16,214 nt of DNA, from the NCBI GenBank assembly GCA_003345595.1, contig PRDI01000036.1:1-16214 (forward strand), written 5' to 3'. The DNA comes from Candidatus Thorarchaeota archaeon. GTDB lineage: Archaea > Asgardarchaeota > Thorarchaeia > Thorarchaeales > Thorarchaeaceae. Positions 1 to 7,685 of the stretch are shown piece after piece (the stretch's first letter is position 1; each line of letters starts with the position of its first letter). The notes beneath the pieces are model-generated. The model was not told the origin of the DNA. It ran no database searches and saw only the letters and a list, made by a program, of their open reading frames with translations. The position numbers and the translations under genes are program-made.

Positions 1-869
1 TCCACGACAAACGGCCGGCCTGAGCCGAGCATAAGTGCATCTATGTCTTCTCGGCCGGCTCCGTGGAACTTGAACCCAGCTCCTTGGGCTAGTGACTGAA
101 CAGGAATGCCTACGTACTCAGCTATAGAGTCGGGATATCTCCTGCCCGTGCCTCCACACGACTCGCACCCTCTCCCTCCACAGGCCGTGCAGTCCCATCT
201 GCTCTGTGGAATTCCCCTTACAAGTTTCCGATATCTCCCATAGACGAAGATTGGGTTGATTTGGATGTCCAAGGTGTCACGAATCATATTGTACACAATC
301 ACGATATCGGAGTGCTCGAAGTCGGCTTCCTTTCCGAGTGCTTTCTGAACCTGTTTTCCAAGCTCTCTGTTGAAATCAGACTTCAGAGGCTCACCTCGAA
401 GAAGGCTGAAAAGCGCTCTGAGCTCTTCTTCGCGTTCCGCAAGAGTGGGCACTGGAATACAACCAATCAAGAAAGTGGCGAACTCAATATTCTTGGTTGA
501 TTCTATGATCCTCTCAGCGATCTCTGATGTTCTTCCAAAGACACTTCTCTCTTCCAATAAGCACAGATGACAGCCTTTGGTTGAAGGTGGGTCTATGCCA
601 TTCTTCTTGATGAGTGTTCCCGCCGGGCCAAATGATCCATTACCAGCAAGTTCGGTAAGAATCTTCAACCCCCCCTCTCTATCGCCCGACTTGATCTGCT
701 CGTCCGCCTGCATAGAGAGAAGCAGTTTGATGGAGCGTCCTCTCTCCCGATTTGATGTGTCGGTGCTGAGCCATGCAAACTGACGTCCAAGACACTGGTC
801 ACATAGAGGATACTTGCTCAGCATCTGTTCGGCAATATCCAAGAGGTTTCTCTTGTCCGTGTTTCCCAA
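1..869 (-). CDS. pus10: tRNA pseudouridine(54/55) synthase Pus10, N-terminal part (runs off the left window edge)
   Basis: Manual translation (not in ORF track). N-terminus LGNTDKRNLLDIAEQMLSKYPLCDQCLGRQFA; second Cys pair GCHLC; Zn-ribbon WDCTACGGRGCESCGGTG; catalytic FHGAGREDIDALMLGSGRPFVV. Probable TTG start at 869 preceded by SD-like AAGGAG. Confidence 0.93.
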   Translation of the reverse strand, partial: MGNTDKRNLLDIAEQMLSKYPLCDQCLGRQFAWLSTDTSNRERGRSIKLLLSMQADEQIKSGDREGGLKILTELAGNGSFGPAGTLIKKNGIDPPSTKGCHLCLLEERSVFGRTSEIAERIIESTKNIEFATFLIGCIPVPTLAEREEELRALFSLLRGEPLKSDFNRELGKQVQKALGKEADFEHSDIVIVYNMIRDTLDIQINPIFVYGRYRKLVRGIPQSRWDCTACGGRGCESCGGTGRRYPDSIAEYVGIPVQSLAQGAGFKFHGAGREDIDALMLGSGRPFVV

Positions 870-924
870 ATGGATACGCTCCTTTTTGGACAGCAGCCCG
901 GGCTGACCACATAAAGATGTTCTT

Positions 925-2139
925 CTAGAACCTGGGGCTGATGTATCGTGCGGCACTTAGCAAAGCGATCATCGTGCGAGGGTTGGCCAAGAGACCCGCG
1001 ATAGTTGTACCCTGCATGTCCATGTCTCCCTCTCTCTTCACAGTGTCAGTCAGGCTCAGTTCGTCCGCATTCTTTACTAGTGAGTCTAGTCCCCGGTCCG
1101 AGAAAGAAGATATCGCCCGTTGAGCGAGATACATCGCTCTCATTTGTCCCAGTAGAAGAGAGCGCCAGCTGGTTTCATAACGTCCCAGAGAACGTGCAGA
1201 AGCGTCCCTCTCGGAAACAGCAAGCGCGGCTGTCTTGCCTGCAATCTTGCCACTGATGCCCCCAAATACTACACCTCCCCCGGTGGTTGCTTTTACCATT
1301 CCAGCTGCGTCTCCAACAACGACAAGACCGGACATGAACGTCTTCTTAACGGGTAAACCGACGAGGACTGTTCCACCGATTCCCCGCAGCACAGATGCCT
1401 TCACCAGCTTTCCACTGATAATGGGATGATGTCGCATGACTGCCTCCAGTCGGGGCTTCGACTTGAAGTCAGATGCAAGGCCGACTCTTGCTCGGCCGTC
1501 GCCCAATGGGATAATCCAAGCGAAGAAACCAGGTGCTGTTTGTCTGCCATAGTACATTTCGACTAGATCATCATCAACATCGGCTCCCTGAACCTCGTAC
1601 TGATATGCAGGGTATTTGCTGGTCCTATGAATCATTGGCAGTCCTACCGACCCTGAAAGCCTACCCTGCACCCCCTCTGCGTCGATAGTCACGATTGCCT
1701 TTCTCTGTACCACCGCACCGTCTTCGAGTGTTTCCACTCCAACAACAGACCCATCATGAGTCTTCAAGGCGCGCACCTTGACTCCTGTGATAATAGATGC
1801 GTGTGCCTGCACCGCTCGTTCGGCAAGCCACGCATCAAACTTGCGCCTGTCGACGACGACTGCCTCATGACGGCCACGCTCAACCAAGAGCGACCGGCCA
1901 GATGGCGCATAGATTCTCGCTGCGCGTACAGTGTTCTGAATTACCTGTTGTGGAGGTTCCAGTCCTAGTATCTTGAGCCCCGACAGACTGAGAAGCCCAG
2001 CACAGTGGTCGGGCTCGCCTACCTTTGGGTGTTCCTCGAGCACAGCCACGTCATGCCGTCGAGCTGCAATCGTCCATGCTGTCAGCAACCCTGCTGGCCC
2101 GGCGCCAATCACAACTGCATCGTGGTCGAGAGTCTTCAT
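925..2139 (-). CDS. Geranylgeranyl reductase family FAD-dependent oxidoreductase (digeranylgeranylglycerophospholipid reductase-like)
   Basis: DAVVIGAGPAG FAD-binding motif just after ATG 2139; HCAG, APGFFAWIIP and VVGDAAG motifs. The ORF-track extension to 2352 overlaps pth2 and is unlikely to be translated. Confidence 0.88.
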   Translation of the reverse strand: MKTLDHDAVVIGAGPAGLLTAWTIAARRHDVAVLEEHPKVGEPDHCAGLLSLSGLKILGLEPPQQVIQNTVRAARIYAPSGRSLLVERGRHEAVVVDRRKFDAWLAERAVQAHASIITGVKVRALKTHDGSVVGVETLEDGAVVQRKAIVTIDAEGVQGRLSGSVGLPMIHRTSKYPAYQYEVQGADVDDDLVEMYYGRQTAPGFFAWIIPLGDGRARVGLASDFKSKPRLEAVMRHHPIISGKLVKASVLRGIGGTVLVGLPVKKTFMSGLVVVGDAAGMVKATTGGGVVFGGISGKIAGKTAALAVSERDASARSLGRYETSWRSLLLGQMRAMYLAQRAISSFSDRGLDSLVKNADELSLTDTVKREGDMDMQGTTIAGLLANPRTMIALLSAARYISPRF

Positions 2140-2164
2140 CCGTCTAGACGAGTGAACTGCCACC

Positions 2165-2171
2165 TTTTTAT
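2165..2171. promoter_or_regulatory. Candidate TATA element in the 66-bp divergent GGR/pth2 spacer
   Basis: TTTTTAT (ATAAAAA on minus) lies about 26-35 bp from both start codons. Confidence 0.4.
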
Positions 2172-2205
2172 CTGTCGTTTCACCAGACTGGCCTGTGACT
2201 ACCGG

Positions 2206-2586
2206 ATGGCGGCCAGCATAGATCAGAGATCGTTCAAATACAAGCAAGTCATTGCAGTGCGAACCGACCTTGACATGAGCAGGGGCAAGATTGCAGTGCA
2301 GGTGGCACATGGTGCTGTGAGTGCTGCGGAACGGGCAAGAATGATCCGTCATGAAATATGGAAAGCATGGATGGACGAGGGACAGAAGAAGGTGGCTGTC
2401 AAGGTCGGATCCGAGAGTGAGCTTCTTGAGCTGAGACGAGTGGCCGTTGCCAACAGGCTTCCAAACGCTCTGATCCGTGATGCTGGGATGACCGAGCTCC
2501 CGCCTGGCACGATAACAGTGTTGGGGATAGGTCCCGGACCTGCGGTCGAAGTTGACAAGGTGACTGGCAGTCTGAAACTGTTGTGA
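2206..2586 (+). CDS. pth2: Peptidyl-tRNA hydrolase Pth2
   Basis: KQVIAVRTDLDMSRGKIAVQVAHGA, WMDEGQKKVAVK, IRDAGMTELPPGTITVLGIGP, VDKVTGSLKLL; ATG at 2206. Confidence 0.96.
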   Translation: MAASIDQRSFKYKQVIAVRTDLDMSRGKIAVQVAHGAVSAAERARMIRHEIWKAWMDEGQKKVAVKVGSESELLELRRVAVANRLPNALIRDAGMTELPPGTITVLGIGPGPAVEVDKVTGSLKLL

Positions 2587-2596
2587 GGGACTCCGA

Positions 2597-3949
2597 ATGC
2601 TACCTGCACATCCACTCGAACAGCGGGTGGGTATGGAGTTCTATTGCACCGATTCGCCCGGACTCGGAGGAAGACTCAGAGAGAGGTTTGAAGACTTCAT
2701 CGTTGAAGAGATAACACCCGAAGGGTCCGTCCTATCATTAGGGGACTGGTCCAGTGAACCAGTTTCAGAAGCACAACTGGCTGCTTCCGTGACAGGTGAA
2801 CGCTCCAAGTACGTCAAGTTCACACTTCAAAAGATGGGGCTCTCCACGCTTGACGCCGCGGGCATCATTTCCGCTGCTCTGAAAATCCCGCGATACTTGG
2901 TCACCTACGCTGGTCTGAAGGATAAGCGCGCCATGACAGTGCAAGCGATGTCAGTGTCAAGACAGGCGTCTGTAGCACTAGGTGGTCTTCGCCTCTCAAG
3001 AATCGTGCTGAGAGATTTGGAGTATGTTCGGCGTCCTGTACAAGTGGGCGACCTGTGGGGCAATCGTTTCACTCTGTTGTTGAAGAACATGACAGTTGAC
3101 TGCAACGCAGGGTGTGAGATGGTAGAGTCGTTCAAGGGGCGCTCGATATTGAACTACTTCGGCATACAACGTTTCGGTGTGACCCAGCCCTCCACACTCT
3201 TGGCTGGAAAGGCGCTCATAAAGAGGGACTACGAAAGCGCGGTCCGACGGATAGTCGCAGCAGCAAGCATCTCTGAAGAAGATACGCCCACCAACGTAGG
3301 TGAAGGGTCGAGTCCAGACACAGAGATCACGGAGAGCATGCTTGATCGGGTCTCTACCGGCGCAAGATATGAACGAAGCGTCATACAACATCTCATCAAA
3401 CACCCGGGCGACTACCAGAAAGCAATGACCAGAATTCCGCCACGCATTCTTACGCTTCTGGTCCATTCATATCAGAGCTACCTGTTCAATCGACTCCTTA
3501 GTGAGCGCGTGAGGTCCGGTTCCTCAATAGACCAGCCGGAGATTGGGGATTTCATAATCCAGCTGGACGAGACGCACTCAGGACGAGACTCATGGCTGTA
3601 TACAACTGAGAGGACTCTTGAGGAACGGCGGACAATGGTACGTTCAGGTCGCTATGGTCTCGCAGCGCCGGTACCCGGATACTCCACAAAGCTGCCACCA
3701 TCAAGGCAATCAGACTACCTCAGAAGTATACTAAGTGCTGAGGGTGTGGCTCTTGTCGACTTCAGGAACCCAGAGTCGAGAGCGCTGGACTCGCCCGGTG
3801 GTCTTCATCTTGTTTCAATGGAGCCTTCGAATCTCTGTGCAGAATGCACAGAAAACAGTCTCAGACTACAGTTCAGCCTCAGAAAGGGCTCATATGCCAC
3901 TGTCTTTCTCCGCGAGCTGATGAAGGGTGATCCCAGGGACTTAATCTAG
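2597..3949 (+). CDS. truD: tRNA pseudouridine(13) synthase TruD
   Basis: EDFIVEE, YAGLKDKRAMTVQ (catalytic Asp), GDLWGNRF, NYFGIQRFG, LRKGSYATVFLRELMK; pth2-truD tandem is a common archaeal arrangement. Confidence 0.95.
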   Translation: MLPAHPLEQRVGMEFYCTDSPGLGGRLRERFEDFIVEEITPEGSVLSLGDWSSEPVSEAQLAASVTGERSKYVKFTLQKMGLSTLDAAGIISAALKIPRYLVTYAGLKDKRAMTVQAMSVSRQASVALGGLRLSRIVLRDLEYVRRPVQVGDLWGNRFTLLLKNMTVDCNAGCEMVESFKGRSILNYFGIQRFGVTQPSTLLAGKALIKRDYESAVRRIVAAASISEEDTPTNVGEGSSPDTEITESMLDRVSTGARYERSVIQHLIKHPGDYQKAMTRIPPRILTLLVHSYQSYLFNRLLSERVRSGSSIDQPEIGDFIIQLDETHSGRDSWLYTTERTLEERRTMVRSGRYGLAAPVPGYSTKLPPSRQSDYLRSILSAEGVALVDFRNPESRALDSPGGLHLVSMEPSNLCAECTENSLRLQFSLRKGSYATVFLRELMKGDPRDLI

Positions 3950-4530
3950 CGTTTCGGCTGCTTCTGCGTGAAGCTCTTCATCCTTTCCTCGAAAACATCG
4001 GATGGTTTCTCCTCTGTCTTCTTGGTTTCCTCCTGATACTGGAAAAGTACCGACTCTCCGACTGCTGCTGACGCGATTAGTCTGAGCTCTTCAAGAGAGT
4101 ATGGAATCCTAGACTTGTCTTCCGATCGGAGTACGACTATGTTCTCTCTTGTTCTGTCGGGCAGGAAGAGACTGTTGACGCCAAGCTCGACCGCGGGATG
4201 TATCAGTTCTTTTACTACGCTGCGCAGGCTTAGTGGGCCCTCGATTATGAGGACTCTTCCAAATGCCTTGCCCATCTCGTCCATGAGTTCCTTCTCAGAC
4301 AGTAGAAGGTCTCTCCCCTTCTTCTTGACAATCAGGACGAGTCTGTCTGCCACACGCAGCGCCCGCAAAAGACTGAGGTCCCCGATGGCTGGGAACTGTT
4401 TCTGACGTTCCAAGAGCCATTTGCAGAAGTCTACATCGAACTGTGTGATCTCACCCTTGTCCAGCTTCTCTTGACAACTGGGGCAGAGCATATCAGACTC
4501 AACATCGAATACACAAACCGGCAGACGCAT
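3946..4530 (-). CDS. Archaeal NusA-like transcription factor paralogue (NusA2 type, N-terminal Cys cluster plus KH-like domains)
   Basis: N-terminus MRLPVCVFDVESDMLCPSCQEKLDKGEITQFDV and later ELIHPAVELGVNSLFLPD resemble the archaeal NusA-like family. Confidence 0.8.
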   Translation of the reverse strand: MRLPVCVFDVESDMLCPSCQEKLDKGEITQFDVDFCKWLLERQKQFPAIGDLSLLRALRVADRLVLIVKKKGRDLLLSEKELMDEMGKAFGRVLIIEGPLSLRSVVKELIHPAVELGVNSLFLPDRTRENIVVLRSEDKSRIPYSLEELRLIASAAVGESVLFQYQEETKKTEEKPSDVFEERMKSFTQKQPKR

Positions 4531-4605
4531 CCACGCAATCCCTCGCCTCTAGAGCGCTAGCGGTGGCCGAGCTCCGAGCGAGATTGTACATCAAAGCATA
4601 CAGGA

Positions 4606-4917
4606 TTATCGAGCGAGAGTTATGTCTATCGTGGATACGTTCAGGTCGCTACCCTTGTCTGTTTGAACGGCAGTAGTCCCAATCAGGATAGTCTTGACGT
4701 GAAGATCGGGGATGAACCTGTGGCGCGTTATCTCTGCGACGTCCACAGCCCTGCTGATCAATCGTCCTCTTGCCTTAATCACAACCTCTGATGCTCCTTT
4801 GTTGAAGAGGGTGACGCAGGCCAAGACGTAGCTCATGACGTTTTTCGCGCCAACCAGTATGGTTGATTCGGGCTTGCCTTTGGTAACTGACCTGCTTTCT
4901 AACTTCTCCTCTGCCAC
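4606..4917 (-). CDS. albA: DNA/RNA-binding protein Alba
   Basis: [15 protein letters not shown]...[24 protein letters not shown]...NVSTIDITL. Start uncertain: GTG 4917 follows SD-like GGTGGAG; ATG 4926 and GTG 4932 are alternatives. Confidence 0.92.
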   Translation of the reverse strand: MAEEKLESRSVTKGKPESTILVGAKNVMSYVLACVTLFNKGASEVVIKARGRLISRAVDVAEITRHRFIPDLHVKTILIGTTAVQTDKGSDLNVSTIDITLAR

Positions 4918-5246
4918 CCGAAGCATCTCCACCAGCTGTCACTCGTTCAGGCATAGGCGCTAAGCCAAGTGCCTCTAATATTGGTTTCGATTATCATTGT
5001 GGCAAACACGAGAATTATGCCATCTGCAGACCAAGGACATTTCCAAGTCCGATTCTCTGGGGGTTAAGGGTTCAGCAGAGGGCAGAAATCATGCACAATA
5101 ACGCATGTTCCATTTGACAGTCCTGTCGTATGTGATTGCTCAGACAAGCGCCTATCACTACCTTCACGTCTTTCTCCGACAGTAAGGCTGCCCTTCAGCA
5201 AGGCTTTTCTTCAATAGGTCTGGCCCTGATGTGGAAGTTCTACGCG

Positions 5247-6512
5247 ATGGCGAAACTGACCTTTCTTGGCTCTTGCAGAGAAATAGGACGTTCGGCTTTC
5301 TGTCTAGAGGAACACGGGGAGAGCGTTCTGGTGGATCAAGGTGTCAAGTTTGTTGACAACCCCGTGTTTCCAGACCGTATTTCAGCGACTGGGCTTCAGG
5401 GAGTCGCTCTTACTCATGCGCATCTAGATCACTCTGGTGGAATACCACTGATCCTCTCGCGGAATGACGTGTCACTGTTCTGTACTCCAGCCACGCGTGA
5501 CCTGAGCACTCTACTCGTCGAAGACATGTTTCAGATAGCCAAGGCCCGGCTTCCTTTTGCTCACAAGGACATAGCCCTTGTTCATCGTCGGTGTCAATCA
5601 ACATCATATGAGGAAACAATCCCTCTGGGTCGAGAGTTTGAGCTCACACTCTTCAATGCGGGTCACATCCCTGGTAGCGCAATGGTTTCGGTTAGAGCAA
5701 ATGGCAAGAGAATTCTCTTCACAGGTGACTTCAACTCCATCGAAACGCAGCTGAACGCCGGCGCAAGGAAGAACCTGCCAAAGCATGACATAGTCGTGAC
5801 CGAGAGTACGTATTCTCAGCGACTCAATGCAAAGAGAGAGGAGATTGAGGCCGAGTTCATCCAGTCGGTCCTCGAAGCCCTAGAGCGCGGAGGAACTGTT
5901 CTCATTCCTGCGTTCGCTGTAGGACGTAGCCAAGAGATCATGTGCATATTCGAAAAATGTAACCTGCCTCAGAAGTACACGGTCTATGTAGACGGACTGG
6001 CCAGAATGGTGAACGAGGTCGTAGCCAAGCATCCCGGATATATAGCGTCACCCCAGTCATTTGAGAGGGCGCTCAAGAGAACAGAGAGTATAGTCAGTGA
6101 CAAGGACCGCCTACGTGCAGTCAAGAATGGCGGTGTGATCATATCACCCGCAGGGATGCTCAAGGGTGGCCCCTCTCATATGTACTTCAAAATGCTGTAT
6201 GATGACAGCAAGAGCTCAATAGTCTTGGTAAGCTTCCAGATACCCGGGACTCCCGGTGCAGAACTGCTTGCGAAGAAGAAGATGACAGTGGGCAACAGAA
6301 CATACGACGTTGCAGCAGATGTCAGATTTCATCACTTGAGCAGTCACTCGGACTCCGCAGGACTGATGGACGTTCTCGAAAAGATACCTGGTGACCCACA
6401 GTTCTACTGTGTCCATGGCGAACCTGACTCATGCGATGCACTGGCTAAGAAACTGAATGACATCGGCAGACAGGCACATGTACCTCAGCTGAATGAATCG
6501 ATTCAGTTCTAG
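5247..6512 (+). CDS. Beta-CASP metallo-beta-lactamase ribonuclease without N-terminal KH domains (aCPSF2-like)
   Basis: MAKLTFLGSCREIGRS start; THAHLDHSG, AGHIPGS, FTGDF, ESTY, PAFAVGRSQE, SSHSD, VHGE motifs; 421 aa from ATG 5247. Confidence 0.88.
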   Translation: MAKLTFLGSCREIGRSAFCLEEHGESVLVDQGVKFVDNPVFPDRISATGLQGVALTHAHLDHSGGIPLILSRNDVSLFCTPATRDLSTLLVEDMFQIAKARLPFAHKDIALVHRRCQSTSYEETIPLGREFELTLFNAGHIPGSAMVSVRANGKRILFTGDFNSIETQLNAGARKNLPKHDIVVTESTYSQRLNAKREEIEAEFIQSVLEALERGGTVLIPAFAVGRSQEIMCIFEKCNLPQKYTVYVDGLARMVNEVVAKHPGYIASPQSFERALKRTESIVSDKDRLRAVKNGGVIISPAGMLKGGPSHMYFKMLYDDSKSSIVLVSFQIPGTPGAELLAKKKMTVGNRTYDVAADVRFHHLSSHSDSAGLMDVLEKIPGDPQFYCVHGEPDSCDALAKKLNDIGRQAHVPQLNESIQF

Positions 6513-6518
6513 TAGACA

Positions 6519-6731
6519 CTACTCTTCTGCCTTGGGCTTTGCCTCAACGACTTGGCACTTCACCTGCTGGAGGATAGTTTCGGCCTGCTGGGGCTCAACA
6601 ATCAGTGTGTATAGGTATCTTCCCGTTCGGAGCTTAAGCTTGACCTGATCACTGCTCCTCTTCACGCGACACTCGGTTGCGCTCTCAGTCATCTCAAGGA
6701 ACTTCGCCACATCAGTTATCTGTCTTGGCAT
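6519..6731 (-). CDS. rpl38e: 50S ribosomal protein L38e
   Basis: MPRQITDVAKFLE...VKLKLRTGRYLYTL matches the eL38 signature (KxKxRxxRYLYTL); 70 aa from ATG 6731. The 179-aa ORF-track version is over-extended. Confidence 0.92.
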   Translation of the reverse strand: MPRQITDVAKFLEMTESATECRVKRSSDQVKLKLRTGRYLYTLIVEPQQAETILQQVKCQVVEAKPKAEE

Positions 6732-6819
6732 TTGTAGGCCTCTGATTGCATTCTTCTGAGCCGTGACTAGGAGCGACTCGGCTCGCTCCTCCCTTTCAGA
6801 GTTTCCCATGGCATTCACA

Positions 6820-6826
6820 TTATAAG
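6820..6826 (-). promoter_or_regulatory. Candidate TATA box for rpl38e
   Basis: CTTATAA on minus about 90 bp upstream of the ATG, preceded by CATT, the same CATTCTTA context as the tRNA-Val promoter. Confidence 0.45.
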
Positions 6827-7039
6827 AATGTCGGAATGTGATGCTAGACTCATACACACGCCTGAAACCCAGCACATTGTGGCTGACCTGCAATGCTGTC
6901 AGTTGCTTTAGGAGTGATTCAGAAACAGGACAGAAACTTCGCCCCATTAGAGTTGTCAACAAGCACTCCAACGTAGTCAGATGAGCGCAATGCCATGTGC
7001 TGGGCGAATCCGCGTCCTCTATCATCCGTTGTATGGCCG

Positions 7040-7058
7040 AACAACCAAGAAGAATCAA
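7040..7058 (-). terminator. Possible T-rich archaeal terminator after tRNA-Val
   Basis: TTGATTCTTCTTGGTTGTT immediately follows the CCA end. Confidence 0.3.
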
Positions 7059-7075
7059 TGGTGGGCAGGAGGGGA

Positions 7076-7106
7076 TTTTCTACGCACAGGGTGGTCCTGC
7101 GCTGTT
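7076..7106 (-). other. tRNA intron 2 (31 nt) at position 59/60 (T-loop), relaxed bulge-helix-bulge
   Basis: T-stem as outer helix; central TTCG/AGAA (3 Watson-Crick pairs plus G-A); bulges AG^A and AA^T; inner AC/GT then GCGCAGG/CCTGTGC stem. Removal restores a 7-nt T-loop; the junction could be 58/59 instead. Confidence 0.82.
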
Positions 7107-7121
7107 CTCGAACCCCCGACA

Positions 7122-7153
7122 TAGGCGGGCAGACGCATCGCAGGCAGCTGCCA
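7122..7153 (-). other. tRNA intron 1 (32 nt) at position 44/45, strict bulge-helix-bulge
   Basis: AC/GT outer helix; GGCG/CGCC 4-bp central helix; 3-nt bulges GA^T and TA^T; GGCAG/CTGCC inner helix. Removal restores a 5-nt variable loop ATGTC. Confidence 0.88.
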
Positions 7154-7224
7154 TCCGCCGTGTGAAGGCGGTATCATAACCGGACTAGATCACCTGCCCT
7201 TGGCCCGCAGGTCTGTCTGCTGTG

Positions 7225-7232
7225 TATTTAAG
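7225..7232 (-). promoter_or_regulatory. TATA box of tRNA-Val
   Basis: CTTAAATA 26-33 bp upstream of the first tRNA base. Confidence 0.65.
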
Positions 7233-7685
7233 AATGATGGCGGGGTGATGAGGGATCTTGAGTGGGGTATCTCTTTGACACACGATCCATGTCTTCCCAC
7301 TTGAAACCTAGGGTTTCCATCGCAGATGTCATGGGCAAGCTTCTCGTTCGATGTGGGTTCGTGATAGTCTGCCATCGACTTGGCACATCTCCGTCCCCGT
7401 TCCGCCTCTAATCTTCCATCCCGAACCTTGGACTCAAGACATTGATGCATGACGCTGGCTCTCGGGAGCAGGTGGTGTCAATGGCTAGATAACGCCATGC
7501 GGACGTTTGCCATGACCGCAATACACGGCGACCCAAGTCATGATCGTATAGACAAGTATGACAAATGCAAGGCCAACGTCCATGGGCAGACATGTATTGG
7601 AGTTTCAGTGTCAGAATGCTGGAAACTGCAAAAGGATAGATAGTGCTTCCTATTGCATGGTTTAGTTCCACGCATCACAGGGAAA

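Larger units (their letters stand above)
7059..7199 (-). tRNA. tRNA-Val(CAC) with encoded CCA and two non-canonical introns
   Basis: Spliced sequence GGGCAGG TG ATCT AGTCCGGTTA TGAT A CCGCC TTCACAC GGCGG A|TGTC GGGGG TTCGAG|T CCCCT CCTGCCC A CCA (78 nt). It has a perfect 7-bp acceptor stem, 5-bp anticodon stem, anticodon CAC at 7164-7162, discriminator A73 and a T-arm. Exons 7199-7154, 7121-7107, 7075-7059. Confidence 0.95.

Noticed and set aside
2005-2352. Overlapping N-terminal extensions of pth2 and the GGR gene
   Set aside because: Family homology begins at 2206 and 2139 respectively, leaving a normal divergent promoter gap.
6732-7058. 109-aa N-terminal extension of L38e in the ORF track
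   Set aside because: L38e homology starts at ATG 6731, and a TATA-like box lies inside the extension.
6919-7179. Short ORFs 6919-7122 (-) and 6997-7179 (+)
   Set aside because: They overlap the tRNA-Val gene and have no protein motifs.
7245-7300. C/D box sRNA starting at GTGATGA
   Set aside because: No CTGA box D at a suitable distance.
6840-7680. RNase P RNA, SRP RNA or 5S rRNA in the long intergenic region
   Set aside because: Their conserved motifs (GAGGAAAGUCC-type P4, SRP helix 8, 5S loop sequences) were not found on either strand.
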